DNA of 64,000 nt. It comes from the human T2T-CHM13v2.0 reference genome, Homo sapiens. Positions 1-10,739 of this stretch are shown here, one piece after another. Both the position numbers and the translations under genes were made by a program. How positions within the stretch are numbered: position 1 is the stretch's first letter; each line of letters starts with the position of its first letter. Under the pieces are notes generated by a model that saw only the letters and a program-made list of their open reading frames with translations, made no database searches and was not told the DNA's origin. The stretch lies in assembly GCF_009914755.1 (NCBI RefSeq), contig NC_060945.1. One strand, given 5' to 3'.

Positions 1-2017
1 AACAGTGACCAAGCTGAGAGCTGAGAGTGAAATCAAGAACTCAACCCCTTTCACAATAGCTGCAAAAAAAAATGAACAAACAAACTTAGGAATATACTTA
101 ACCAAGGAAGTGAAAGACCTCTATAAGGAAAACTACAAAATCCTGCTGAAAGAAATCATAGATGTCACAAACAAATGGAAACATATCCCATGCACATGGA
201 TGGATAGAATCAATATTGTGAATATGACCACAATGCCAAAAGCAATCTACAAATTCAGTGCAATTCCCATGAAAATACAACCATCATTCTTCACAGAACT
301 AGAAAAAACATTCTTAACATTCATATGGAACCAAAAAAGGAGCCCGCATAGCCAAAGCAAAACTAAGCAAAAAGAATAAACCTGGAGGCATCATATTACC
401 CAACTTCAAACTATACTACAAGGCTATAGTCCCCAAAACAGCATGATACTGATATAAAAATAGGCACATAGACCAATGGAACAGAATACATAACCCAGAA
501 ATAAAGCCAAATACTTATAGCTGACTGAACTTTGACAAAGCAAACAAAAGCATAAAGTGGGGAAAGGACACCCTATTCAACACATGGTGCTGGGATAATT
601 GGCAAGCTACATGTAGAAGAATGAAACTGGATCCTCATATCTTGCCTTATACAAAAGTCAACTCAAGATGGATCAAAGACTTAAATCTAGGACCTAAAAC
701 CATAAAAATTCTAGAAGATAACATTGGAAAAACCCTTGTAGACATTGGCTTAGGCAAAGAGTTCATGACCAAGAACCCAAAAGCAAATGCAACAAAAATG
801 AAGACAAATGGATCGGACTTAATTAAGCTGAAAAGCTTCTACACAGCAAAAGAAATAATTAGCAGAGTAAATAGACAACATACAGAGTGGGAGAAAATTT
901 TGCAAACTATGCAGCCAACGAAGGGCTAATATCCAGAATCTACAAGGAACTCAAACAAATCAGCAAGAAGAAAACAAATACTCCCTCACAAAGTGGGCTA
1001 AGGATGTGAATAGACAATTCTCAAAAGAAGATATACAAATGGCCAACATATAAAAAAAAATCAACATCACTAATTATTAGGAAAATGCAAATCAAAACCA
1101 CAATGGGATACCACCTTACTCCTGCAAGAAGGGCCACAATCAAGAAATCAAAAAATAATAGATGTTGGCATTAATGTGGTGAAAGGGATCACTTTTACAC
1201 TGCTGGCAGGAATGTAAACTAGTACAACCAATGGAAAACAGTAGAGTTTCCTTAAATAACTGAAAGTAGATCTACCATTTGATCCAACAATCCCACTAGT
1301 GGGTATTTAGCCAGTGGAAAATAAGTCATTATATGAAAAAGACACTTGCACACACATGTTTATAGCAGCACAATTCCCCAAGTGCCCACCAATCAACAAG
1401 TGGACAAAATGTTATATATATATGTGTATATATATGTATATATATATAATGTGATATATATGTATATATATAATGTGATATATATGTATATATAATAATG
1501 TGATATATATGTGTATATATAATGTGATATATATGTATATATATATAATGTGATATATATGTATATATATATAATGTGATATATATGTGTGTGTGTATAT
1601 ATATAATGTGATATATATATGTGAATACTACTACTACTACTACTACTACTACTAATACTCAGCCATAAAAAGGAATGAAATAATGGCATTCACAGCAACC
1701 TGGATGGAGTTGGAGACCATTATTCTAAGTGAAGTAACTCGGGAATAAAAACCAAACATTGTATATTCTCACTCATAAGTGAGATTATACAAGCTATGAG
1801 GATGCAAAGTCATAAGAATGATACAATAAACATTGGGAACTCAGGGGGAAGGGTGAGGGTGGGGTGAGGGATAAAAGACTAGACATCGGGTACAGTATAC
1901 ACTGCTTGGGTGATGGGTGCACCAAAATCCCAGAAATCACGATTAAAGAACTTGTCAATGTAACCAAACACCACCTGTTCCTCAAAAACTATTGAAATAA
2001 AAAATAAATACATAAAA
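1..2017 (+). mobile_element. LINE-1 3' portion (degenerate ORF2 C-terminus, 3'UTR, A-rich tail), older L1PA/L1PB type
   Basis: ORFs 5..379 ([18 protein letters not shown]) and 621..929 ([22 protein letters not shown]) are frameshifted L1 ORF2 fragments; typical L1 3'UTR; AATAAA/A-rich tail at ~1996-2017. Confidence 0.93.
1413..1653. repeat. AT-rich minisatellite (~24-28 bp units like TATATATGTATATATATAATGTGA) followed by (TAC)n
   Basis: Directly visible, inside the L1 3' region. Confidence 0.9.
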
Positions 2018-2235
2018 GAAGTTGAGGTTAAATTAATCTAAGTAGGGAGTGCATTTGGGCCAAGCTTGAGGATTGCAACGTTGGAGCACAGATTTAAGTT
2101 GCCCTGAATCTACACTCTGATAAGTGGCATTTATAAGTGGATTTTTAAAGGCAAAAGGGGGAGACAGGGAGAGGGCTGATACAAAGCTGTTTGTCAGGAA
2201 TTCTTATTGGTTTACAGAAATAACATTGATAAGTG

Positions 2236-2603
2236 CTTATTAGTCCATTTTCATGCTGCTGATAAAGACATACCTCAGACTGGGCAATTTACAAAAGAAA
2301 GAGGTTTATTGGACCTATAGTTCCACATGGCTGAGGAGGCCTCACAATCATGGTGGAAGGCAAGGAGGAGCAAGTCACATCTTACATGGATGACAGCAGG
2401 AAAAAAGAGAGAGCTTGTGCAGAGAAACTCCCTTTTTTAAAACCATCAGATCTTGTGAGACCCGTTCAGGATCATGAGAACAGCACAGGAAAGACCCACC
2501 CCCAAGATTCAATCATCTCCCACCGGGTCTCTCCCACAACATGAGTGAATTATGGGAGCTACAGGATGAGATTTGGGTGAGGACACAGAGCCAAACCATA
2601 TCA
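2236..2603 (-). mobile_element. THE1 (MaLR) solo LTR, inserted in an older LTR-like element
   Basis: tattagtccattttcatgctgctgataaagacatacc...gagccaaaccatatca is the reverse complement of a THE1 LTR. Confidence 0.85.
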
Positions 2604-3394
2604 GAGTGATTGACTATACATTGTTAAGCTACAGGGTGTGGATTACAGCGTCCAGTGTGGCATTATTAGGTTAATCCATAGCTATTAATACCTGTGGCAA
2701 TAGTAAGAGGTTTCAAGAGATGAACACACAGCTGAAAGTGGGGAGTAGGGAGTGGTTGCTGTCTTATTTTAATGTCTCTCTGGGCCTGATAATTTTAAAA
2801 GCCTTGCATTCTTCGGATACAAGTTCCTTTCTTTTTTTCAAGAACAACAGAGAAAGGCTGCCTGGCTACCTTTACCTGCAGCACCTCTGATAGTGGCTGC
2901 TTGGCAGCTGGTTAGGTAAACCCAATTTCTACTGGATAAACTTCATGGACATTCACCCATGTTAGTACTGGGGAATGCTCTGAAATAGCAAACTTGTCCA
3001 TACAGCTCCCTTGCTGCTCAGAGGGTCTGGAGAGGAACAGCAGAGGCCCAGCCCCAAATACTTCTTGTACCGGCTTCTATTATGAGAGGTGATGGCACCT
3101 TTAGGCACTTATATTTCAGGTAGAAGGAGCAGGAATAAAGAAGAGAGGGCCACAATCTGAAATATCAGTTCTGGATCTCCCTGGGGGCAAGACACTGGCC
3201 CTTAGCTGAGCTATTCTGTCATCACTGTGAGCCCTCATGCTCGACCTCACCGGAGCACCCCTCGATCATGTGCTGAATGCCTAGCACGCGCCTGGCACTG
3301 TGGGGTACAGAAATCTAGAGCACAGAGCTGAGTTTTCAGGGCTTAGCTGTCCTCACATCTGTGACACAAACAAGGATCAAGGAAAGTTTTGTTT

Positions 3395-3532
3395 TTGTTA
3401 TTTTTATTTTTTTTTAAGTTGGGGCCTTACTCTGTAGCCCAAGCTAGAGTGCAGTGGTGCAAACATAGCTCATTGCACCCTCGAACTCCTGGGCTCAAGT
3501 CATCCTCCCACCTTGGCCTCCAGAGTAGCTGG
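3395..3532 (-). mobile_element. Alu monomer/FLAM-like fragment
   Basis: T-rich run followed by antisense Alu monomer sequence (gagtgcagtggtgc...cctcgaactcctgggctcaag). Confidence 0.7.
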
Positions 3533-3950
3533 AAGCCCAGCTCAAGGAAAGCATTAACATGTTCTACTTTTCACCATAACTCCTGTGTATTGGGAAATGG
3601 AAAATGAGCTTTTGAAGTGGCCTATTCGCTTCCTCCATGAGTACTTCCTGAACACTTTCCTCTTGGCCACTGCTCCCAAGACCCCCTCAAAGTCTCTCTC
3701 CTGGACTTCCAGCTTCTGGAATGAGCCCCAAGAGTGGCACTTAGCTCCAGCTCCTAGTAGCTCACTCCTTCCTTGCTCACCTGTGCCCCCCACCTGTCTC
3801 CTTAGGGGCAGTGGCTTTGTCTTACTCATTTGCATATCACAAATGTCCAGCATAGAAGCCAGCATGGGGCCCAGTAAGTGTTTGTGGAGAAAGAAAGGGA
3901 AGAGGTGAAGAAGGGAGGAGACGGAGGGAGAAAAGGAGGGCAAGAGAGGG

Positions 3951-3982
3951 GATGTCATGTCATGTCATGTCATGTCATGTCA
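3951..3982. repeat. (ATGTC)n pentanucleotide repeat
   Basis: About 6 tandem copies visible. Confidence 0.9.
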
Positions 3983-4153
3983 GTTCTCCCTTCCTAGATC
4001 TGGACAAGGGAAAGAAAAGCAAGCAAGCCTGACCGCCTCAGTGCAGACCCTCTAAGATGCAAGCCTTCCCCAGGTAAGACAGTTCCGCAGGGTGCTTCTG
4101 TGGGCTGGCTTTCTGAGCAGCCATCTCAAAGTATGCGAAAGAAATAGATTTTG

Positions 4154-4456
<303 letters not shown>

Positions 4457-4699
4457 GATTTTAGGGGTAAAATATTTTGCTTTCCTTCAGTGGCTGGGCC
4501 ACCTGTACACAATGCCTGAACCCAGGTCCTGCAGCCCCCAGCTTGGCTCTCCAAAGCTCACCAGTATCAAAGGATTTCAGCTTCTGCTCCTCTCCGCAGG
4601 GCTCTCTGGTGGGCCCCAGACAGAGATGAAGGAAAAGTCTGGCCTTGACCTTGAGGACCAAAAGCGACCACGTCAGACGCCAGCAGTCTCGTGCCCAGT

Positions 4700-4840
4700 T
4701 GCCAAGGGATCACCTGAGGAAGGCCCTTAAAATACAGGTGGTAATGCAGGGGTCTTGGGATGGCCCCGGACCGTTCATTTCTAATAATTTCCCAGGTGAA
4801 GCCAATGCTGCTGTTCCAGGAACCACCCTTTGAGAAGCAC
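4700..4840. mobile_element. MER5A-like DNA transposon fragment
   Basis: catttctaataatttcccaggtgaagccaatgctgctgttccaggaaccaccctttgagaagcac resembles MER5A. Confidence 0.6.
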
Positions 4841-4859
4841 GGGTCTATACCACACGCAC

Positions 4860-5260
4860 AGAAGAGGAAACGAAACGAGGCAAAGGAAACCAGTCCCTTT
4901 ACTCGCGCCCAGGCAGGACAAAGCGGGCAAGGGTGGGGGCGGGGGCGCGGGCGCGGGCGCGGGCAGGCGGACGGACTTGCAGGAAATGCAGCCGGGAGGA
5001 TGGGCAGGTTGTGGGATGCTCCGCCGTTCCGCGACCACCCGCCTCCCCGGCCCAGCAGAACCGGGTCCAGGCTGGGGGAGGTGCTAGCGGTGTATGTGAG
5101 TAACACTGCCCCCTCGTCGTGGCACCGCCCCCTTCTTCCCTGCCCCCTTCCCCGCCCCCTGGATTCTGAAGTCTGAAGTCATGCAATTTGACTTTTCCTT
5201 TCTGGAAACCAGCGAGCAGAAATGAAACCGAAACTGAATTGTCCGGGAAATTCGCGGTGG
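4860..5260 (+). promoter_or_regulatory. MX1: MX1 distal promoter: CpG-rich, GC boxes, ISREs, kB-like site
   Basis: GGAAACGAAAC at 4866-4876; GC-rich run at 4932-4970; AGAAATGAAACCGAAACTGA at 5218-5237; GGGAAATTCG at 5245-5254. Confidence 0.75.
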
Positions 5261-5472
5261 GGGCGGAGAGCGCAGGGAGAAGTAAGCCCAGTGCAGGATC
5301 CTGAGGCCCGTGTTTGCAGGACCAGGGCCGGCCTTCCGATTCCCCATTCATTCCAGAAGCACCGAACCACGCTGTGCCCGGATCCCAAGTGCAGCGGCAC
5401 CCAGCGTGGGCCTGGGGTTGCCGGTTGACCCGGTCCTCAGCCTGGTAGCAGAGGCCAGGCCAGTGCCACAAG
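5250..5472 (+). other. MX1: MX1 alternative (distal) non-coding first exon; start approximate
   Basis: Lies downstream of the ISRE cluster; donor AAG|GTCAGG at 5472/5473; matches my recollection of the long-5'UTR MX1 mRNA. Confidence 0.65.
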
Positions 5473-5523
5473 GTCAGGCTCCACTGGGCCCTGCCCGCCC
5501 AGGAGCCTGTGGTGTCAGGCACC

Positions 5524-6491
5524 TGAAGGGGTGGGTTGCCCCTCCACACCTGTGGGTGTTTCTCGTTAGGTGGAAGGAGAGACTTGGAAAAGAAAAAGAC
5601 ACAGAGACAAAGTATAGAGAAAGAAATAAGGGGACCCAGGGAACCAGCGTTCAGCATATGGAGGATCCCGCCAGCCTCTGAGTTCCCTTAGTATTTATTG
5701 ATCATTTGTGGGTGTTTCTCCGAGAGGGGGATGTGTCAGGGTCACAAGACAATAGTGGGGAGAGAGTCAGCAGACAAACACGTGAACAAAGGTCTTTGCA
5801 TCATAGACAGGGTAAAGAATCAAGTGCTGTGCTTTTAGATATGCATACACATAAACGTCTCAATGCTTTACAAAGCAGTATTGCTGCCTGCATGTCCCAC
5901 CTCCAGCCTTAAAGTGGTTTTTCCCTATCTCAGTAGATGGAACGTACAATCGGGTTTTATACCGAGACATTCCATTGCCCAGGGACGGGCAGGAGACAGA
6001 TGCCTTCCTCTTGTCTCAACTGCAAGAGGCATGCCTTCCTCTTATATTAATCCTCCTCAGCACAGACCCTTTATGGGTGTCGGACTGGGGGACGGTCAGG
6101 TCTTTCCCTTCCCACGAGGCCGTATTTCAGACTATCACATGGGGAGAAACCTTGGACAATACCTGGCTTTCCTAGGCAGAGGTCCCTGCGGCCTTCCGCA
6201 GTGTTTGTGTCCCTGGGTACTTGAGATTAGGGCGTGGTGATGACTCTTAAGGAGCATGCTGCCTTCAAGCATCTGTTTAACAAAGCACATCTTGCACCGC
6301 CCTTAATCCATTTAACCCTGAGTGGACACAGCACATGTTTCAGAGAGCATGGGGTTGGGGGTAAGGTTATAGATTAACAGCATCCCAAGGCAGAAGAATT
6401 TTTCTTAGTACAGAACAAAATGGAGTCTCCTATGTCTACTTCTTTCTACACAGACACAGTAACAATCTGATCTCTCTTGCTTTTCCCCACA
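5524..6491 (-). mobile_element. HERV-K(HML-2) LTR5 solo LTR, full length 968 bp
   Basis: Reverse strand begins TGTGGGGAAAAGCAAGAGAGATCAGATTG and ends GGCAACCCACCCCTTCA; 6-bp TSD GGCACC at 5518-5523 and 6492-6497. Confidence 0.95.
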
Positions 6492-6492
6492 G

Positions 6493-6750
6493 GCACCTAA
6501 GTCCACCTGGGCCTGGAGCAGGACAGGTTGCAAAAGAAAATATCTCGGGACCCCCAAACTCCTTATGCTAAGGGAAACATCGAGCCTGGGAACTGAGCCA
6601 TCAACGCTGCCATTCTTTTTCCCAAACAGAACCCTGTTGTCAGAGGTACACCCAGAGCAACTCCACACCGGGTGCATGCCACAGCAACTCCATCTTAAAT
6701 AGGAGCTGGTAAAACGAGGCTGATACCTACTGGGCTGCATTCCCAGACGG
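6493..6750 (+). other. MX1: MX1 alternative 5'UTR exon (acceptor from the LTR5 end, donor in MER41)
   Basis: tctctcttgcttttccccacAG|gcacc acceptor; GACGG|GTAAGG donor; consistent with the recalled mRNA. Confidence 0.7.
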
Positions 6751-7103
6751 GTAAGGCATTCTAAGTCACAGGGTGAGATAGGAGGTCAGCACAAGGTCAT
6801 AAAGGTCATAAAGACCTTGCTCATAAAACAGGTTGCAATAAAGAAGCTGGTTAAAACTCACCACAACCAAGATGGCCACGAGAGTGACCTGTGGTTGTCC
6901 TCATTTTTACACTCCCACCAGCGCATGACAGTTTACAAATGCCATGGCAATGTCAGGAAGTTACCCTACATGTATGTCTAAAACGGGGAGGCATGAATAA
7001 TCCACCCCGTGTTTAGCATATCATCAAGAATAACCACAAAAATGGGCAACCAGCAGCCCTCAGGGTTGCTCTGTGGAGTAGCCATTCTCTTACTCCTTCA
7101 CTT
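6638..7103 (+). mobile_element. MER41 LTR (MER41A-type, 3' truncated)
   Basis: tgtcagagg...gcaactccatctt...ctactgggctgcattcccagac...ggggaggcatgaataatccacccc...ggagtagccattc. Confidence 0.85.
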
Positions 7104-7410
7104 CAGGCAGGGGAGATGAATTTCCCTTTGAGCCTGTGGACAGAGGGCAGCCTGGCAGAGGGACAGGCATCAACAAAGCCTCTGAGTGTGACCTGGGTCC
7201 TGAGTTCAGGGATGGCAATGGGGTAACTGAGACTGGATCAGAAGTTGCCTGGAAGAAGAGAGGGCCATTATCAGAGTATAAGAGTGTGAAACTTATCTGG
7301 TAGGAAAAAAAAAAGAGTAACTGCTGTTCGTTTAATAGAGCACACATCCTCTGCAATTCAGGTGGGAGGTTGTGAGCTTCTTAAGTACAGAAGCTGCCTC
7401 TTGATTTCAG

Positions 7411-7566
7411 CATAGCGAGGAGGTGCTGAAGAGCGCAGGTTTGGAGAATGATCACCTGGATTGGAACCATAGCTCTACCAATATGGAACCCAGCTCCTTA
7501 GGCCTCGGTCTTCTCATGGAGAACATGGTGTGATAATCCTACTCCTCTGGGAGGGTGGCTGTTAAG
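7411..7566 (+). other. MX1: MX1 alternative 5'UTR exon, probably MIR-derived
   Basis: ttgatttcAG acceptor; TAAG|GTGAGT donor; the body resembles the MIR core (cctcggtcttctcatggagaacatggtgtgataat). Confidence 0.65.
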
Positions 7567-7598
7567 GTGAGTGATTGCACACGAGTCCCTCTAGCTGA

Positions 7599-8311
7599 TG
7601 TTACCGAGCGGTCCTTGTTTTTAGAGCTCCCAAGAGGGTGGCGGGCCACTTCCAAGATGGCGGCAAGCCTCTTGTTCTCTGACCTGGGGTTCTTGGCCTC
7701 ACAGATTCCAAGGAATGGAATCTTGGGGCATGTGGTGAGTGTTCTCATTAGGACGAACCCAGGCACTTAGACATGCGGGAACAATGGCGAGCCTTTAGCC
7801 CGAATGGGAGCGGCAATGGGTGCCTCGCTGGATCAGGAGCACAGCGGACACACTGCCGGATCCAGAGGGGTGGACATCAGTGGTGGGTCTGTGATGGCGG
7901 CAAACAACAGCAGACAGCAAATGGCAGTGGTGGATGGCAAGCGAAAGCTCAGCTCCAGCCATAACAAACACGGACCAGAAGAGTGTGCAGTTGCAAGATT
8001 TAACAGAGTGAAAACAGACGTCCCATACAAAGGGAGGGAACCCAAAGGGGGTTGCCATTGCTGGGTCGAATGCCTGGGTTTCTGTCTCAATCACTGTCCC
8101 TCCCCCTGTGCTCTCAGGCAATAGATGATTGGCTATTTCTTTACTTCCTGTTTTTGCCTAATTAGTATTTTAGTGAGCTCTCTTTACTACCTGATTGGTC
8201 GGGTGTGAGCTAAGTTGCAAGCCCTGTGTTTAAAGGTGGATGTGGTCACCTTCCCAGCTAGGCTTAGGGATTCTTAGTCGGCCTGGGACATCCAGCTCGT
8301 CCCGTCTCTCA
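7599..8311 (-). mobile_element. HERV-W LTR17 solo LTR with a small internal deletion near 7745
   Basis: Reverse strand begins TGAGAGACGGGACGAGCTGGATGTCCCAGGCCGACTAAGAATCCCTAAGCCTAGCTGGGAAGG and ends GGTAACA; 4-bp TSD CTGA at 7595-7598 and 8312-8315. Confidence 0.9.
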
Positions 8312-8879
8312 CTGACACCTAACACATCCTACATGCTCAGTAGACAGGAGCTATTATTGTATGACTGACTGCTGAATTACACCCCAAAACAACCACCTAT
8401 ACTCCCCAAGGCCCTGCCATATCATATGCATATTAGAGGCAATGAAGCACCAAAATCTAAGGCCAGGGAAGGACTGCGGTGGACAAGGGAAGTGCCTAGG
8501 GCGTTAAAACTTAAGGAGGCATTGCACCAACTGGGAGTGAGCTGTGTGTGCTGTGTTTCCTGGGCAGGGCGCCTCACTGCCCTTCCGAGTCCTGCCCTGG
8601 CTGAGGTTGTGCCTCTATCTGGTTATCAGTTGCCTGCAGCTCTTTCTGATTTTGTTCGTGAACAAGGGCCCTTAGGGAAGCCTCCCGCTGTTGGAAACAG
8701 CAGCAGCATCACCCAGAGTGAAGTCTCTGTTCACATGAGTGCCAGCTCTGCTCACACCTACCCTGCGTTCCCAAGGCACTGTTCCTGCTTCAGAAAGCAT
8801 CAGCCCAGCCTGCTCACAGTCCCCCAGGATGTGCTGTTGCCTGGGTTCTTGACTAGGAAGTAAAAGGCCCAGAGGGGTT

Positions 8880-8881
<2 letters not shown>

Positions 8882-8917
<36 letters not shown>
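8882..8917. repeat. (GT)n microsatellite
   Basis: Directly visible. Confidence 0.95.
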
Positions 8918-8919
<2 letters not shown>

Positions 8920-9786
8920 AAGTGAGGTCATTGCTAATTCCTGGGAGAACTTGTGTTCCCCTTGGATGAACCCCTTGGATGAAGAACCCCTTGGATGGGG
9001 TTGCCCAGCCCTAGGAGTGGATCCTGCAAAGCAAAATAGATTTCAGCACAGGGAGCTGGCTGGGGGGCTCCTCCCCCTCTTGTAGGTGCAGCAGTATTGA
9101 ATTTGATTCCATCCAGGTTTCCCCTGACCCCAGGACCTAAAGCTGGGGCAGGTTCTGGGCCTTGAGGTTGGTTGGGGGTGACCCTTCCTAATCATGGAAG
9201 TCTTTAGCGGGGGCTTGTAAGGGACTGTGAGCTGAGCTAAGGAGAATGGAGGTGGGGTGCCAACCGCTCCCAAAGGGAAATGCCATCTCCCACTCACAGC
9301 CAGTTAGCCGAGAATGGGAGCTCCCAAAGGGAGGACCACCCATGGGTCTGCTTGACTCAGCCCTCCCCAACCCCTTTCACCTTTGCAGTAAAACTCTAGC
9401 CAAGGAAGACAAAGAGACCTTTGGAGACCAAAACAGAACTTTTAATTCGGGCCAACAGCAGGCTCATGCCCAAAATGGCTGCCAACCCCAACAAAGAAAG
9501 CAGCTAGCTTATATGTCGTTTGAGATGGGAAAAACAAGGTAGGATACAGGTTTCAGACAAAGACAGTAAATTACTTAACCCGTGACAATTCTGAGGAAAC
9601 TGGCAATTCAGTTATATTGACTAGTCATCCTCCAAGCTGGACTAGGGTTGGAGGCTGGGGTCCCGAGGCAGGTGATAAGCTTTCGAGATAAGCTTGCATC
9701 TGCAACTTGTTACAATGCTGGGAGGGGCTGCTTAAAATTTTAGCCTATGTGTTACTTCTAAATAGCTTATACTAAATGTTAACTGT

Positions 9787-10233
9787 TTTCATGTGCGTCC
9801 ATGTGAAGAGACCACCAAACAGGCTTTGTGTGAGCAACATGGCTGTGTATTTCACCTGGGTGCAGGCGGGCTGAGTCCGAAAAGAGAGTCAGCGAAGGGA
9901 GATAGGGGTGGGGCCGTTTTATAGGATTTGGGAAGGTAATGGAAAATTACAGTCAAAGGGGGTTGTTCTCTGGTGGGCAGGGGTGAATCTCACAAAGTAC
10001 ATTCTCAAGGGTGGGGAGAATTACAAATAACCTTCTTAAGGGTGGGGAAGATTACAAAGTACATTGATCAGTTAGGGTGGGGCAGGAACAAATCACAATG
10101 GTGGAATGTCATCAGTTAAGGCTGTTTTTACTTCTTTTGTGGATCTTCAGTTACTTTAGGCCATCTGGATGTATACCTGCAAGTCACAGGGGATGCGATG
10201 GCCTGGCCTGGGATGCGATGGCCTGGCCTGACA
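9787..10233 (-). mobile_element. HERV-H LTR7 solo LTR
   Basis: Reverse strand begins TGTCAGGCC and ends GGTCTCTTCACATGGACGCACATGAAA; 5-bp TSD ACTGT (9782-9786) / ACTAT (10234-10238), one mismatch. Confidence 0.9.
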
Positions 10234-10739
10234 ACTATTACCTATGTTATGTTTATTATTTTAAGCTTTATTATTACTATTTTATTTATTTTATTTTATT
10301 TTCCTTCCACACACCCGTTTCCACCCTGGAGAGGCCAGATGAGCCAGACTCCAGGGAGGCCTAGAAGTGGGCAAGGGGAAACGGGAAAGGAGGAAGATGG
10401 TATGGGTGTGCCTGGTTAGGGGTGGGAGTGCTGGACGGAGTTCGGGACAAGAGGGGCTCTGCAGCCATTGGCACACAATGCCTGGGAGTCCCTGCTGGTG
10501 CTGGGATCATCCCAGTGAGCCCTGGGAGGGAACTGAAGACCCCCAATTACCAATGCATCTGTTTTCAAAACCGACGGGGGGAAGGACATGCCTAGGTTCA
10601 AGGATACGTGCAGGCTTGGATGACTCCGGGCCATTAGGGAGCCTCCGGAGCACCTTGATCCTCAGACGGGCCTGATGAAACGAGCATCTGATTCAGCAGG
10701 CCTGGGTTCGGGCCCGAGAACCTGCGTCTCCCGCGAGTT

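Noticed and set aside
5-929. L1 ORF2 fragments as an active reverse transcriptase
   Set aside because: Frameshifted, interrupted by stops and diverged.
4567-5681. Overlapping 120-250 aa ORFs at the distal promoter
   Set aside because: Expected in GC-rich CpG-island sequence; no recognisable protein.
6638-7103. MER41 as a STAT1/IFN-gamma enhancer
   Set aside because: The tandem GAS segment of MER41B is absent from this copy.
8957-8998. CCCCTTGGATG repeated three times
   Set aside because: A short local slippage duplication with no supportable function.
9380-9786. Possible older LTR hosting LTR7 (similar unplaced LTR-like sequence at ~2020-2830 and ~62850-63230)
   Set aside because: Looks LTR-like, but I could not assign a family or boundaries reliably.
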